64,000 nt of DNA from Octopus bimaculoides (lineage: Eukaryota): the NCBI RefSeq assembly GCF_001194135.2, contig NC_069002.1, forward strand, positions 293,586-357,585. The letters run 5' to 3'. Both the position numbers and the translations under genes were made by a program. Below are positions 1 to 14,642 of the stretch, piece after piece (position 1 is the first letter of the stretch; every line of letters begins with the position of its first letter). The notes beneath the pieces were generated by a model. It did not search any database, was not told the DNA's origin, and saw only the letters and a list, made by a program, of their open reading frames with translations.

Positions 1-599
1 TGTGACAAACACGCCTGCTTACTCCATTCTCACTCCTGATCTAGTTTTTTTTCTATTTTCTGTCTAAACATTTGAATGAATAAACATATTCTCATCCATC
101 CATCCAAATATCGATCAAGATTCTATATACCAATCAAGCCATCGAGCCATTTCTACCCCTCTACCGGCTGTCCTTAAAGTTTTAACACTGAAACCGTCAC
201 AATTCGCAGCCATCTAAATGGATATTCGAATTATCAAAAACCATATTTGTAATCACAAAATTTAATGGTGTATGGACATTTTTTTTCCATATTATGAACT
301 GAACGTGTACATTTAGACACCTAGTGCGATAGTCTGATTATGTGTATAAAACTGTGGTTATATATAATACACACACACACATTCAGTATACGTTATACGT
401 TTTTTTACCTGTCGTTTGTTTATTTACAATACATTTTTTCATTTATACATGTGTGTGTGTTCAGTTCTCTTATCTTGTTTATATTTTCAAAGTTGCAACA
501 AACGAGTGTCCTAGTTTTCTGCTGCAGTTTCCCTTCCTTAATCATGTCATGTTTTATTGCTGACTTGTAAAGAAGTATTCTGATTAACTGAGCAGACGA

Positions 600-1750
600 G
601 ACAAACGTGTGCCGACGGTAAACAAGTATTTTCTTAAACATGGATGGACTGGCAATCAGATAGTGGTATGTTGTGCATATCTTATCTGTGAATGATTCCC
701 CCCCCCCTCCATACTCTAGACGTTTCACACTACAACCTTGAGGGATCATGGAAGAGTGTCTTGTTACACTGGCCCCCAAAGTTCCGTTTCTGTACAAACC
801 AAACTCTGGTATACATGAATACCGGAAGTAGGACCTTTCCATTGATATGTCTTAGATTCTCTACCTGTCCCCACACGCTTCCAGGTGAGCTCGTTCACAT
901 TTATTAGCAGAAACAATGTCGCCGTGTTTTAAACAAGCAAACCACATTATTTGCTGTCTATAAGAGAATATAATTCATTTTTGCGGGTGGTTTGATCTAC
1001 CACCATAGTTTACAAGACTTGAGCTGTGTATGTGCTACAGTAAAATGCCAATTGTCTTTAACATCATTGTCGGAAGAGTTTAAGGTAGCAAAAAATTCAC
1101 TGCCCCACGATGCTATGGGATTTATTGGGTTTCACTGTTCGTGCGACTAAACCAACAGTATTGACTAGAACCATATGGCGTATGAGAAAAATTGCAGAGG
1201 CTGCTGTAGAGACTCTCAAAATGAAAGGGGGTAACAGGAGATGAAATCATGGAATTACACTGGACGAATTGTTTTCTCAGCCGAATGATAAAGGTAGCCA
1301 AAATACTGGGACCAACAAAATTCCTTGCATTAAAAAAGGGAGACATGTGAGGCAGAAGCAGCAGAATCAGGATGCTAGTAAGAACAATATAGGATCCATG
1401 TAGAGCAAGGACAGTTTGGAATACAGCTGAGCTAAGGACAGCAAGCACAGAAGACGTGGAAAATGGAATTAGCCAAATTAGGATTTCTGTGTTTACCTCC
1501 AGAAACAGTTCTGCAACCATAGGATGAATTTGCTCAGATAAAATGCTTAGTTTTGACTATTAATTTTGCCATGAAGGAAAACCATTGGGCCAGCAGATTT
1601 CCAAGATATAGCCCATCCCTCCCCCCCAGATCATCACAGATTCTTTTCCATGTTTAACAGCTGGAAGAAAGCAGTCTGGGTCAAATGCTTCTTTTGGCTG
1701 TCTCCACATGTATATTCGGCTGGTGGTCAGAAATATGGTAAAGGATGACT
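600..1750 (+). mobile_element. Highly degenerate non-LTR retrotransposon relic (endonuclease to start of RT), clade uncertain
   Basis: Broken + strand frames give IVVCCAYL, LVYMNTGSRTF (cf. L-x-x-N-x-G-x-x-T-F of LINE AP endonucleases), TVWNTAELR and NSWKKAVW (cf. P-x-x-WK-x-A-x-V at RT start). There are many stops and frameshifts. Confidence 0.35.
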
Positions 1751-4260
1751 CATTTGAAAAAATAACATTCTTCCACTGTTCTAGGGACCAATTCTGTGGG
1801 TTTTTACTCCACTCTAAACGCTTTGCAACAAGATTGTCTCAGAAATAAAGTATTTTGTTTCTTTTTACATGAAATATGTTTACAGAAGTGTTTAGTGTCT
1901 GTAATCAATGTGCACACACAAACAATCCCTCTTTACAAATAGACAATATTTTGAATTAAAAGAATGAAGAAAAACCATTATTCTCACAGTTTATGTTGCT
2001 AAAGTAGCTGCTATTGCTTTCATGGCTATTGTTACCTTAATTATAATCTTTAGTTTTATTGTCATTGAAATGACTATTTTAATGTGTAATTTAACTATTA
2101 GCAGGACTGTCATGTCACAGTCTAATTAAATGTAAATTGTTATAAAATGCATTAAATTTTTCTATTTCATTGATAGTAGTTTGACAGCTTTCTTCACTGA
2201 AAACAATCAGGTCAGATTGAAGGACTTCCACAAAGGAGGAGGACCTGGTAGGAATGATTGTTTCTCAGAGCAAAGTGGGAGTGAATTTTAGACATGTTTA
2301 CATGGAAGATTTACAGTAACAGTGCTAATTGCGACTGTCAAAACAAACACACACACACATGTATGCGTATATATAATATATACACATATGTGTATATATA
2401 ATATGACACAAGGATGGAGGATATCGGGCTTTTATAGAAGATCACAACATTTGTTTCTGCACCACCCCAACCTTTGGGCGGGCTTGTGCCCATTCTCCTT
2501 TGCTACCATGAGGCTTTGTCAGAGCTGGATTTTCTATGGGGAGCTTTCCCTTGTTTACCCCCAAGCTCAGTTTCTAGATATGAGTGGTCACAAGACCAAG
2601 GCCTCTACCACGATTTTTAAGAAATGTAATGGAAAACTAGCTCAGGAAGGCAGGGACACTACTCCCTGAGACCCCTTTCGGAGCCCCCCTACCTAAATAT
2701 ATATATATGATGTACCTAAGTATATATATATATATATACACACCAGGCTTTAACAAAATATGTACTGGTGTTAATTTGTTCAACTAAAGTTCTTGAAGGC
2801 AGTGTTGCCCCAGCATGACTGCAGGAATATAGGAGTTTTGCAGTCAAGAAGATACATGGCTACCTCCTCCTCAGTTGGAGGGAGAGAGAGACATAACGGA
2901 TGCATTCCCTATAATGTATTATGCAAACCTGAAACATATGTATTAAATGAACATGTGTGTGTCTTGCAAGCTTCTTGATGTGAAACCATGTGTTGAAACA
3001 GATATTGTTATACATGGGGATGGTCATATTTTGCCAATTAAACATACTATAAATATATATTTATGAAAGCTTTTTCCAAAGTTAGTGAAATTGTTGCTCT
3101 GCTCAGAGAAAGTAGGAAGTTGAAGTGATTTATACAGCTTTTTATTATCATTTTGGAAGTTCAATCCAGCGGCCGACCTAATTGAAATCAAATATTGGTA
3201 TCTCAGCTGTCAGATGGAATTAGCTCTACTGTTTTCACAGAATTAACCAACTGTGGTAATACTGCTTACCATTTATTGATCAATGAAGATGCCAACTGTG
3301 GTATTTCTTTTTTATTAGTTTTTCAGAAAGACATACGTTGCAGAGCATTGCATATTTTAGGTCATTGTCACTGTTTATTTTATTTAGTTTCATGGTTTTT
3401 AGCCTGTTTTCCGTATGCTTAGAAAGAAGAAAGACTTGTTGAGAAAAAATGGTTAAAGATAGGCTGTGTACCAAAGTTTGAAAGCAGTATTTAGTTCCAT
3501 CTTCACTAGTGTTGTTAAACTGGTGAGAGGTGAATTTCTCTAACTCTAACTTTCCTTGAAGTATTGGATCTGTTAACCAGTGGCCAATGAAACTGAACTA
3601 TTTAATGATATATCATTTCCTATACTGTTAACATCTCTATTACCATCTTAGCTCTTCAACTATTTCACTTCTTTAATCATCTTACTAGCCATCTTCTCTC
3701 ACTCGTCATCTCACCTCTAAACCATATCATTCTCATAAACCTCTCCTCTTTAACCTTCTATAACATCATTTGAGACACCTTATCTCACAAGCCATACCTT
3801 CTCTATTGCATCTCTCTTCTATGACCCTTTTACTCACCTTACCCTAATTAATCATCATTAGTCTGCATATTCACCCTGTTTCGATAACTGTCTCCCATTC
3901 TAGAACTTTCATCTTTCTGTCTATTTCGCCTCCACAGCCACTTCCCCTCCATAAGCTTCTCACTAAAGACAAGCACCAAAAAGTAAATGGTAATCTGGCA
4001 GCAGAATAGGTTATTAGCCAGGTTCTACCTTGGTCTACAATGATTTCACTGACTCTGTTAACGCCCTCGGGGAAATGCATGACTGTAACGCCGTCCATTC
4101 TTTATTCTGATGTCAACAGGAAAAGGTTGACTCCCCACTCACAGACATCTCCGAAATAATTGAGTCTGTTTATTGATCTGATGTCAGAGATGGAGGTTTC
4201 TTTAAACATTTTTGTTATCAGATATTTCACAAGCAATAATGAATATATATATATAGGAAC

Positions 4261-4289
4261 TGTGTGTGTGTGTGAGAGAGAGAGAGAGA

Positions 4290-4322
<33 letters not shown>

Positions 4323-4341
4323 TGTGTGTGANNNNNNNNNN

Positions 4342-4373
<32 letters not shown>

Positions 4374-4380
4374 TGTGTGT
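4261..4380. repeat. Compound (TG)n(AG)n microsatellite array interrupted by a 10-N gap (4332-4341)
   Basis: Directly visible; unit repeated at least three times. Confidence 0.9.
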
Positions 4381-4986
4381 GAATGCATTGAAGGTATGTA
4401 AAAGTGAGGGTGAAGATATCAGCATGTGTGAGAGAGAGAGAGTAACGCTCCGTTCAGTGTTTATTGCCTTCTCACTCATCTTCAATCTCATTTAAATTAT
4501 TCCCTCACAAGACCTCACTTTCTATTGGACAGTAATTATCAGTGAGACTGGCACCACTCACACACCAGACACCACATGACATGCTTCATCTTCTTGAACA
4601 ACTGCTTGCTCTCTCTCTCTTTCTCTCTCTATCTCTCTCTCTCTCTCTTTCTTTCTCTCTCTCTCTTTCAATTTTTCCAATATCTTCCTCTCTTTTTTGT
4701 TACATTTCAGTTAACACCTACGTATGTTGTTTGTTATGTAGCCTGGGATGGGGAGAAGTTCAGTCCCAAAGACATTCTATCCATGACTATCCTCTCTCTC
4801 TCTCCCCTCCAATGCATCTCTCTGTGACTGAAGGGACACATTAGAGACGTTTATCCAGTTCAGCTGTTATTTAGAGTGGCCTTTTGATCCCAACCTCCAC
4901 CCATGACTATCCCTGTTCCTGTTTTGATGTGATTGAAATTAAAATTTCCCATCTTCCTGGTACTTATTCTATCGCTCCCTTTCATT

Positions 4987-5200
4987 GAACCACTAAGTTA
5001 TGGGGATGTAAACACCAACACTGGTTGTCAAGCAGTGATGGGGGACAACCACAGACATGAAGACACACACACACACATATATATAACAGGCTTCTTTCAT
5101 TTTCCGTCTACCAAATCTACCCACAAGGCTTTGGTCAGCCTGAGGTTATAGTAGAAGACACTGGCCCAAGGTGACATGCAATGGGACTGAACCGAGAGCT
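4987..5200 (-). mobile_element. tRNA-derived SINE, family 1 (core CTACCAAATCCACTCACAAGGCTTTGGTCGG on +), partial
   Basis: Matches the other copies in the window (8306-8497, 8885-9323, 41014-41390, 45486-45725). Confidence 0.75.
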
Positions 5201-6121
5201 ACTTATTAACTTATTTTTAAAAAAAAGTTATGGCTAGGACAATTTTGGCCACAACTCTGCAGGATCAGACCTGACCTGGGGCTAAACAGCAACATGATTC
5301 AAAAAGGGAGTCCTTTACACAGACACTCAACCTGTTAGAAATAGCAGCTACATCTACTGTCAAATCAAATGTTTGTGTAGTTTTTAATTTTTTCTAATTA
5401 AAAAATGTAACAAAGTCATATTAGATAACATAGTCTCGTCCTAAAAGCCTTGCTTGAAATAAAGATGGGATGGTCATGGCTTGATTGTCTTTGATCACAT
5501 CTGCTTCTTCAGAGCTCATTTGAGGCTAAACACCACCACCACCACCATCGTTATGGTTTCTCTATTTTTTTCATTGTCTGTTGTACCGGGGTAGTGAGTG
5601 AGTTGTTGCATAAATTCTTTACCACAGTCAATGCCTTGAATCTAGAATGCATCTTTCGTTTTTTGTACGCTCGTTGCAGAGTACACTTGTAGTAAACTTG
5701 AAATTATTTCATATCTTCTGATGATTCTGCGTTGCTAAGCACTCCTGATGGCCTCCTTTATCTCTCAGACCAGACCATATCTGTAGAATTAGCACCAGAT
5801 CAATACAGTCAGCATTTACTAAACAAAACACAAACCAAACGTAATATGTATGTAACATCTCATCAGTTGTTAGGGTTCGTTAGGGTCTCTGAGAGGGTTT
5901 TTGTCTTTTGTCTTTTTTATTTTTTTTTATTTTACCATTAAAAAAAATAACTGAGTCATCAAATGTATTTTAATGGAAAGTCTACTTTGTCGCCAGCATA
6001 TGTATATGTGTGTGTATATGTGTGCATGTATGTGTGTGTAAAACCCATGCAACATGGAATACAGATGCTAAATGACGATGAATAATATATCATCATCATC
6101 ATCATCATCATTTAACGTCCG

Positions 6122-6131
6122 NNNNNNNNNN
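6122..6131. other. Assembly gap (10 N)
   Basis: N run next to the tail of an RTE-type repeat on the - strand. Confidence 0.99.
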
Positions 6132-7509
6132 CTAACGCCAACCACTCAGAGAGTGTGCCATGTGCAGAGAGAGAGAGAGAGAGAAAGAGAGATCCATACA
6201 ATATACATTCAAACATGCATTCATAGATCTTTCTATTTCTCTGTCTTAACACCTATTCCTTCTTCAGGGATTGAGTACTCTTTCCTTTTTTTTTATAGCT
6301 GTCAGCCTTGTTCACATGAACAAAATAGAATAACTTTTGCATTTTGTTAGAGATACTGTAAGAGTATTCAATACCTCAAGAAGTAGAGTGGGTTATGATG
6401 GATAGACGAATAGATACATGTATCAATTTGTGTGTGTGTATACATACATACACTCATCTTCATCATTTAACATCCATGGTCGATGCTGGCCTGGGCTGGA
6501 TGATTCTACCAGATCCAATACATCTAATAAGCACCGGATTGTTTCTGCTTTGGCATGGTTTCTATGGTCGGATGCCTTTCCTAATGCCAGCCACTTTAGA
6601 GAGTGTACTTGGTGCTTTTCTCATGCCACTAGCATCACCATACAGCTTGTGAAACCCAAGGGGAGGGAGCCTTATGCTAATAGATATGATGGTTAAAGTA
6701 TGAAAAAAGCAGGTGAAAAGAGCTAATATAAAACATAACATACACTATACCAGAAGTTGGTGGCTTTCTCTGTTGCCATATGTGCCAGATGATGAAGTTA
6801 CAGAAATAGTAAGGTGCTGTTAGACCCACCCAACCCATACCACCATGGAAGAAGAATAAAATGACAGACATAAATGTTGATGTCTTTTCATCTACCAAAC
6901 TCCAGTCAAAGAATTTGGTTGATCTGAAGCTATGGTACAAGACACTTGTACCATGGTTTGGCTGGGTGATATTGAAACTGGAAACATGGAGTTGTAAAGC
7001 AAACTTCTTAACCATAGAGCCACATTCAGGTGTGGATGTATGTATGTGTGTGTATGTGTGTATTCAGTCGTTATTAGTTAATATTTAAAATTAGAACCTG
7101 TGAGAGTTGTCTCTTCAAACAAGAAAATTTTGTTTACATTATGGTTATGTCATTATTTAAAGAGAGTAAAATCTACGCAGAAATATACTGCTCGTATGTT
7201 CTGTGTGTGTGTGTGTACTCACAGACATGCATACAACCTTGGACACATACACACCACTTGAGAAACTGTTAGTGTTGGAACTGCATCAAGAGCCCTCTAC
7301 ACAGTAGACCTGCTATTCACAAACACTTCTTCCCACTTCATCTTTTATCCAGCCCATGTTTGTTTGTTTGTTTGTCAGACGTTTGCTTTGTAAAGCTTTC
7401 TGTTCTATTTTTAAGTTGATAGCTTTTTTATGTCAACTTGTTTATTATGATGGTGATGATGCTTCTTAACTCAAGTTTTTTTGCAACTTATCATTATTAT
7501 TATTATTAA

Positions 7510-7685
7510 GGTTGCGAGCTGGCAGAATCATGCTGCAAAATATGCTTCACACATTTTCCCCGACTTTACATTCTGAGTTCAAATTCTACCAAGGTCGACT
7601 TTGCCTTTGGTGTCCTTTCTGCATCAATAAAATGTGTAGCAGTTGAGTACTGCAGTTGACGCATACCCCCTCCCCCAAATTTCAT
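7510..7685 (+). mobile_element. tRNA-derived SINE, family 2 (GCGAGCTGGCAGAATC...TTCTGAGTTCAAATTC...GGTCGACTTTGCCTTT)
   Basis: A- and B-box-like head. Related copies at ~11590-11775(-), 14642-14760, 27836-28015 and 43801-44010. Confidence 0.7.
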
Positions 7686-8305
7686 GCACACACACACACA
7701 CTATTCAAAATATTGATGGCGATTACAATTTTGAAATATTTAATATCTCTTCATGACAGATCTTTTGAACAACAGAGGAACACATGAAGTGCTAAACATT
7801 GGTTATGAGAGAGAGAGAGAGTGTGTGTGTGTGTGTGTGTGACTGATTTAGAACTGTGAGTGATACCTGCTGACATTTTTCCTTTGTTCAATTCAGGAAT
7901 TTTAATCCATAGATGTCAGTCTGTGACCTAATTTACTGCCCATTGTGATTACACTTAATTATATTTACCAGTGTTTGTACTGTTTCTAGTCTGCATAAAA
8001 ATACTGATTTATACTTTGTTTTTGTTTACGCCTGCAATACACCCCCCCTCTCACTTTGTTATTTTTACAGTGATTTTCATGTCAACACTTCACCTGTAAC
8101 ATCTGCTTGGAAAGCATTCATTTTATATAAAATACTGTGTTTGCGAAGACCTGTTGAGTGAAGTGAAGTCATTGTTGTGGCTGATGACAGCGCTGCCTCA
8201 TTGGCACCCGTGCCACATAAAAAGCGCCATTCGAGCGTGGTCGATGCCAGTGCCACCTGACTGGCCCCCATGCTGGTGCCACATAAAAAGCACCCGCTAC
8301 ACTCG

Positions 8306-8497
8306 AGCCGACCAAATCCTTGTGAGTGGATTTGGTAGATGGAAACTGAAAGAAGCCTGTTGTATATATATGTATGTGTGTGTTTGTATTTCTGTGTCTG
8401 TCTCCCCGACCATCACTTGGCATTCGATGTTGGTGTGTTTACGTCCACGTAACTTAGCAGTTCGGCTAAGAGACCGATAGAATAAGTACTAGACTAA
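8306..8497 (+). mobile_element. SINE family 1 copy ending about 35 bp upstream of RABL6 exon 8532
   Basis: CCGACCAAATCCTTGTGAGTGGATTTGGTAGATGGAAACTGAAAGAAGCC...GAGACCGATAGAATAAGTACTAG. Confidence 0.8.
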
Positions 8498-8531
8498 CTG
8501 GTGTCAATTTTTATACTTTTTGTTCTTTCAG

Positions 8532-9098
8532 TGAAGATTGTGATCCGTGGTGATCGAAACGTTGGTAAGACATGTTTGTTCTACCGACTGCAAGGAATGA
8601 AGTTTCGCGAAGAATATATTCCAACCGATGAGATCCAGGTAACCTTCCTTCCTTATACATTTGTGGCATTTTCATTCTAAATAATAATATAACCCTTTCC
8701 TGGGCTGTATTTCTAAAGAATTGGTCTGGCCCTTAAGTTAAGTTCTCTTCCAGCTTATAGAAGTGAATGGGGATGGTCATGGTTGGAATGCTTTTGATCA
8801 TTTTTGCTCATTCAGGATTAACCTTAACAAACAAGCAAATACGATCGGGTCTTTTATTTTCCCTTCTTTTAATCCTTTCTTTTATCTTTCATCTTTTATT
8901 TGTTTCACTCATTTGACTGCGGCCATGCTGGGGCAGCACTGCCTTGAAAAATTTTAGTTGAACAAAGGACTTATTTTAAGCCTAGTACTTATTCTATTGG
9001 TCTCTTTTGCCAAAATGCTAAGTTAGAGGAACATAAACAAAACATCACCAGTTGTTAAATGGTGGTGAGAGACAAACACAGACACAAAGGCACACACA

Positions 9099-9138
<40 letters not shown>

Positions 9139-12100
9139 TAGATGTGCACATATGTACAACGACGGCCTTCCTTCAGTTTTTGTCTACCAAATCCACTCAC
9201 AAGGCTTTGGTCGGCCTGAAGCTATAGTAGAAGATACTTTCCCAAGGTGTCACACAATAGTACCAAACCCAGAACCATGTGGTTGAGAAGCTAATTCCTT
9301 TCCACACAGCCACTCCTGTGCCTTTATTCAGTTATTCAAGTCTATCATTGATCCTTTTATGGGGTTGTCTCTCAGAGAATGAAAATATTAAGCCCACCTT
9401 TGCATTCGTTTGTGTAGAACTGCTAAGAGTTAGTCATTTATGTACTCTCAACTAGTTGGCCATCACCATTACTAAACAGCTAATCAGTCACATACTCTCA
9501 GCTTGTTTGCCATCACCACCATCACTAAGCCCTTGTAACTTGTTCCTTAAGTCCTTTGGCCAAAGCTTCTTGTTCAAATAGCTTTCATTTTATGGCCATC
9601 TGTTTCAGCAGTGTTGATGTAAGGATTATCATGGGGAACGTATAATCCTTACTCAGTATTTAAGACCCTTGGGATTAGTCTGAATTTATATTCCTTTATT
9701 AGCAGTTTAACACAACAACCTCATTCATTGATTTTATTTAAGGTTTGTGGTTTTGCTGCTTGTTTCTGATACAACTTACTTCTGTATTATGGAATAAACT
9801 AACAGTTAAGGTTTCCAATGTAAAGTGCCATGAGGGCGTTCGTTTGTTGATTTAGCAGCTGAGAGGTTTGTTTTTTGTTCATGACAGCATTTGGCTTCAA
9901 TGGAGAGATATTTACGGTAGAATTTTGTGTTTGGATGATCTTCCTGTTGCCAACCCTTATCTAATTTTCAGGCAAAGGATTTTTTTTTATTCAAGAGATC
10001 TTTGTAGGCATGGAATAACCAGTCATAATGTCAGTGTTCATGCACGTATGTACACAAACAGGTGTGACTGTGTGGTAAGAAGTTTGCTTCCCAACCACGT
10101 GGTTCTAAGTTCAGTCCCACTGCATGGCACCTTTGCTAGATCCTGGACTGACTTGAAGGTAAACAACTTGTAACAGACTAAATAACATACTGTACGGTGG
10201 ATTTGAACCTTGAACTACGTGGTTGTGAAGCAAATTTAACCACATGGCCATGCCTGTACCTATATGTTGCTCACAAATGCTCAACTGGTTTGTAGTAATT
10301 AATTTGAATTGATCTGTTTTTGTTTCTGTTGCAGGTGACCAGTATCCAGTGGAATTATAAAGCTACGGATGATGTTGTTAAAGTTGAAGTTTGGGATGTT
10401 GTCGACAAGGGAAAGAAAAGGAAAAAAATTGAAGGTTTAAAAATGGAAAATGTTGATCAGGTACAAAAAAATTGCTTGTATTTATTTTATTATTTGCATA
10501 GGTGCAGGCATGGCTGTGTGGTTAAGAAGTTTGCTTCAGAACTGCATAGCTTGGGGTTCACTCCCACTGCAGAGCTGCTATATATACATTGTGTATGTGG
10601 CAGGGGGCACACACTAACTTAACCCTTTAGCTTTCAGATTGCTCTGTCAAATGTAAATCTTCTTTATTCTTATTTCTTCAAGTTAATCATCCATTATCTG
10701 GTAACTTCAAGATCTTAATGATCTGATAGTTTATTCTTAGAATGACATTGTAGGATAGGTGTGAGAGGCCAGATCTGTCTGGCCTGAACACAAAACAAGA
10801 AGTTGAATATTTGGGTTTACATGTTAAAAGGGTTAAAAGCTGTGTCGATGCCTACTTTTTCTTGGTGTTTCTTGATACATCTGATCTATTTTGCTCTTTA
10901 CTTCAGAATATGGAAGACCATTGTCTCGATGCTGAATTTGTAGATGTTTACAAAGGTACAAACGGAGTTATCATGGTATATGATGTCACAAAACAATGGT
11001 AAATCATATAACATACATAATGTATTTACATATAAATATATATATATATATATGATGATGATGATGTGTGTGTGTATGGGTGAGTGCATGTGCATCTGTT
11101 ATTTGTTGAGGTGTGCCAGGGACACATAAAAGACACCCAGTGCCACGCTGTAAAGTGGTTGGCATTAGGAAGGGCATCCAGCCGTAGAAACTAAGCCAAA
11201 ACAAACTGGAGCCTTGTGCAGCTCTCTGGCTTACTAGTTCCAGTCAAACCATCTGAGCCATGCCAGCCTAGAAAACAGATGCTAAATGATGATGATGATG
11301 ATGATGATGTTGTAGCATGATACTGCCATGTGGGGGAAGCTTATATTTTTTAAAGAAAAGAAAAATGCTAATTTGGGTTAAACATGTCAAAACAAGGAGA
11401 CACAAATGCTCGCACTCTGTAAAGAAGGTTGTTGGCATTAGAAAGGGCTTCCAGCCATAGAAACCCTTCCAAAGCAGACATTGGAGCATGATGAAAAGAG
11501 CTGGAAGAAATGTCACTAAACAATTTTCATTAATACGCTAACGATGCTCCTGCTCACCATTTTAATGATGATAATAATAATAATAATAATTCTTTCTGCC
11601 AAAGGCACAGGACCTGATATTTATGGAGAGGAGCAAGTATTTGACTGGTACTGACTTTATTAATCCCAAAAGGATGAAAGGTGCAGTTGGCCGCAGTGGA
11701 ATTTGAACCCAAAATATCGAGCTGAAAGAAATGCTGCTAAGTGTTTTGTCTAATGTGTTAATTCATTCTGCTAGTTCAGTCCCATTTTGCATTAATTTAA
11801 TTATAATTAGCTTCTTGTATACAGTGCTCTGTTGGGGGTGGAGGTGTATGTGTTTGTATGTCTTTTATTTGTATTTACTTGAAAATGGGAGGATAACCAA
11901 AATATTCATTTTCTTCTGTTTTCTATTGTTTTTTCAAGGACTTTCAGTTATGTTGAGCGTGAACTTGGTAAAATCCCAAGCCAAATCCCTGTTCTGGTGT
12001 TGGGAAACCACAGAGACATGGGACACCATCGTGTTGTCTTAGAAGATAAAGCTATTTATTTCATAGAAAGTTTAGACAGGTAAAGAGAAATGGTTTGCTT

Positions 12101-13705
12101 TTAGTTTCTTTGTTGTTGTTGTTGTTGTTGATATTTCAGCATTGGTTTATTCTTTGACTTGTTGTCCAAGTCATTGGATGGTGGCCCTGCTGGGGCACCT
12201 CTTTCGGGCTTCATCAATTGTATCATGCACAAAACTTATTTCTGTCTGATAATATATAATTAGAAATTTAAAATCAAAGCTATATATATATACTTTTGTT
12301 GTTTTAAAACAAGTATCTTCTTTTTTATAGAGGTAAAGATGCGGCCCAAATACGATATGCTGAGTCTTCCATGAGAAATGGATATGGTCTAAAGTACTTA
12401 CATAAATTCTTTAACTTACCATTCCTTCAATTACAAGTAAGTACATGAAAGAGAGTTCATTGATGCTTCTTAACCATACTTGAGCCTCTGTGTGTGTCTT
12501 TGTGTGTATACTTCTGTGTGTGTGTGTGTTCTCTGTTTTAGCCATCGCAGCTACGACCATACTGGAATGCTGCATTAACCTTGTTTGGAGGGGTTTTCTT
12601 TTTTGATTTGTTTTGGGGGGGTGGTTTATGGATTTACTTGTTACTGAGTAGCTCTGACCACTACCACAAACACCACCACCAATAACTCACTGTTCTCTGC
12701 ACCATCTTTTAGTGGAGTCGAAGACACAGGCTAGATATATGTCGCTGTTGTGGCAAGTGTCTTCTGCTATAGATCCATGTCAACCAAAGTTGGTAGATGG
12801 GAGATGAAGGAAGCCAGCCTCTTGTGTGTGTGTGTGTGTCTGTTCAATGAGAAACACAAGCTATGAGCAGTAGTGTTGTCATTTCTGTCAACAACTCATT
12901 TCATGCCTTCAAAGATAAAACTCCCTTCCCTGAAAGAAAGAGAATGCTTACTGACAATAACTGCATCTAGTTAATGCTAGTATGAGAGAATGGACCTGAA
13001 AGGAACAAATGAATGCGTGTTTGTGTGTGGATTTCTGTATCTGTATATATTGTGGTGTGTATGTTTACATGCAATGTTGAAACTGAGACAATGCAGCATT
13101 GCCCAAGCGCTAACTTTATTCTTTCCATTCGAGCAAGGCCATATTTGCTCTTGCACACTTCCATACACCATCACTTGCTCACTCCCGTATACTTACTTGT
13201 GTGTATGCACGCATATATATATTTATACACACACTCTTGTAAGTACCATTTTCTTCATTCTTACACAGAGGGTCACTTTGCTGAAGCAGCTGGAGATCAA
13301 TTCAGAAGATATTCGCTCCACAATTGAAGAACTCAATATCCATGAAGAATCAGAAGAGCAAAACTATGATATGTTAGTATTTCTTCTTTCTCAGGCAAAA
13401 AAAAAAATTTAAAAAAAAAACAAATTTATCTTTGAGGTTTTGATTTCGATATCTTTGAACCATAAAATGTTGCAATATCAGCTTGTAACACCTTGTAACA
13501 CCAAAGATGACCTGAAGGCAAGGACTATGACCGTCCAGAAGAGTTGCAGGAGATTTTGAAACCAATGGCGATTTTATTGAATTAATTTACTCTTTAGTAT
13601 TTCAAGATATTTTTATGTAATTTTGGTAAATATATCTGTTAAAATGAAATGTTAGTGTTATTTTCATTTTTGTGTAATTTAGACAACAATTTATTCACCA
13701 TATCC

Positions 13706-13744
<39 letters not shown>

Positions 13745-14607
13745 CTGAGTTAGATACATACATACGTATCCATCCATCCATTCCTTACTTCAGTTAGATA
13801 AAGTGTAACTCCTGCGTCTTCTACTATTGTTGATCACATGACAGTTCCTTTAGTTTTAATTGTTTCCTTCCAATTCCAGATTTATAGATAACCTCTGTGC
13901 CCAGCGGCGACAACAACAAGAAAAGCTAGCTGAGAAAATTATGGAAGAAGCCAAACAAAGGCAGGCTGAGTTAGCTGCCTCTGGCGTCATAACAAATGGG
14001 ACAACATCACAGCCTGGTAAGTGAAATTGGACATACAAGGTGCATTCCAGAAGTTTTGAGACTGTTTTCAGAGTAGTTCAGTAACTCTCAGCAGTTATTG
14101 TAGTGTTACTGTGCATCTAATAAGCTGACCTGCCAGCTTTTGTTATTCCAGATTGAAAGGAGACAGTTGTAACAGGCACATCCTGCTAAACACTGCTTGT
14201 CACAGTTGTTAGCAGAATGCAGAGTGTGAAGACAATTAGGAAACTTGTTATGCAATGAAGTCTTCTTGGGTTAAATTGGGCAAAAATGCTACAGAAACTT
14301 ATTAAATGCGCCTGATCGCTTATGGATTAACTTGTATGAACCAAGCATATGTTTCACTGGCACAAGAGCCTTTTCTTGACATCATGTGATGGTTGTAAAT
14401 GAACATGACCATCATACTTGTGGGGTTGTTTGCTTCCAGTTTTCCATGAGAAATATATCTGGTCATGAGGAAACAGGAAGGGACTCTAATTGTAGAAAAT
14501 CTGCTGCAACAACTTCCATTTGACCCATGCATGCATCAAAAAATGAATGTTGAAGGGACTTATCATCTCCCACTGAAATAGTTGACCTTGCACTCAAATT
14601 ACAAAGA

Positions 14608-14642
<35 letters not shown>

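Noticed and set aside
420-842. 140-aa minus-strand ORF with a faint RasGEF-REM-like look
   Set aside because: No splice-compatible partner exons; the opposite strand reads better as a decayed LINE endonuclease.
4102-4495. ORFs on both strands across the (TG)n(AG)n array (likewise 19497-19735, 46640-47029, 56694-56976)
   Set aside because: Microsatellites lack stop codons; the translations are HT/CV/YI/LS repeats and one spans an N gap.
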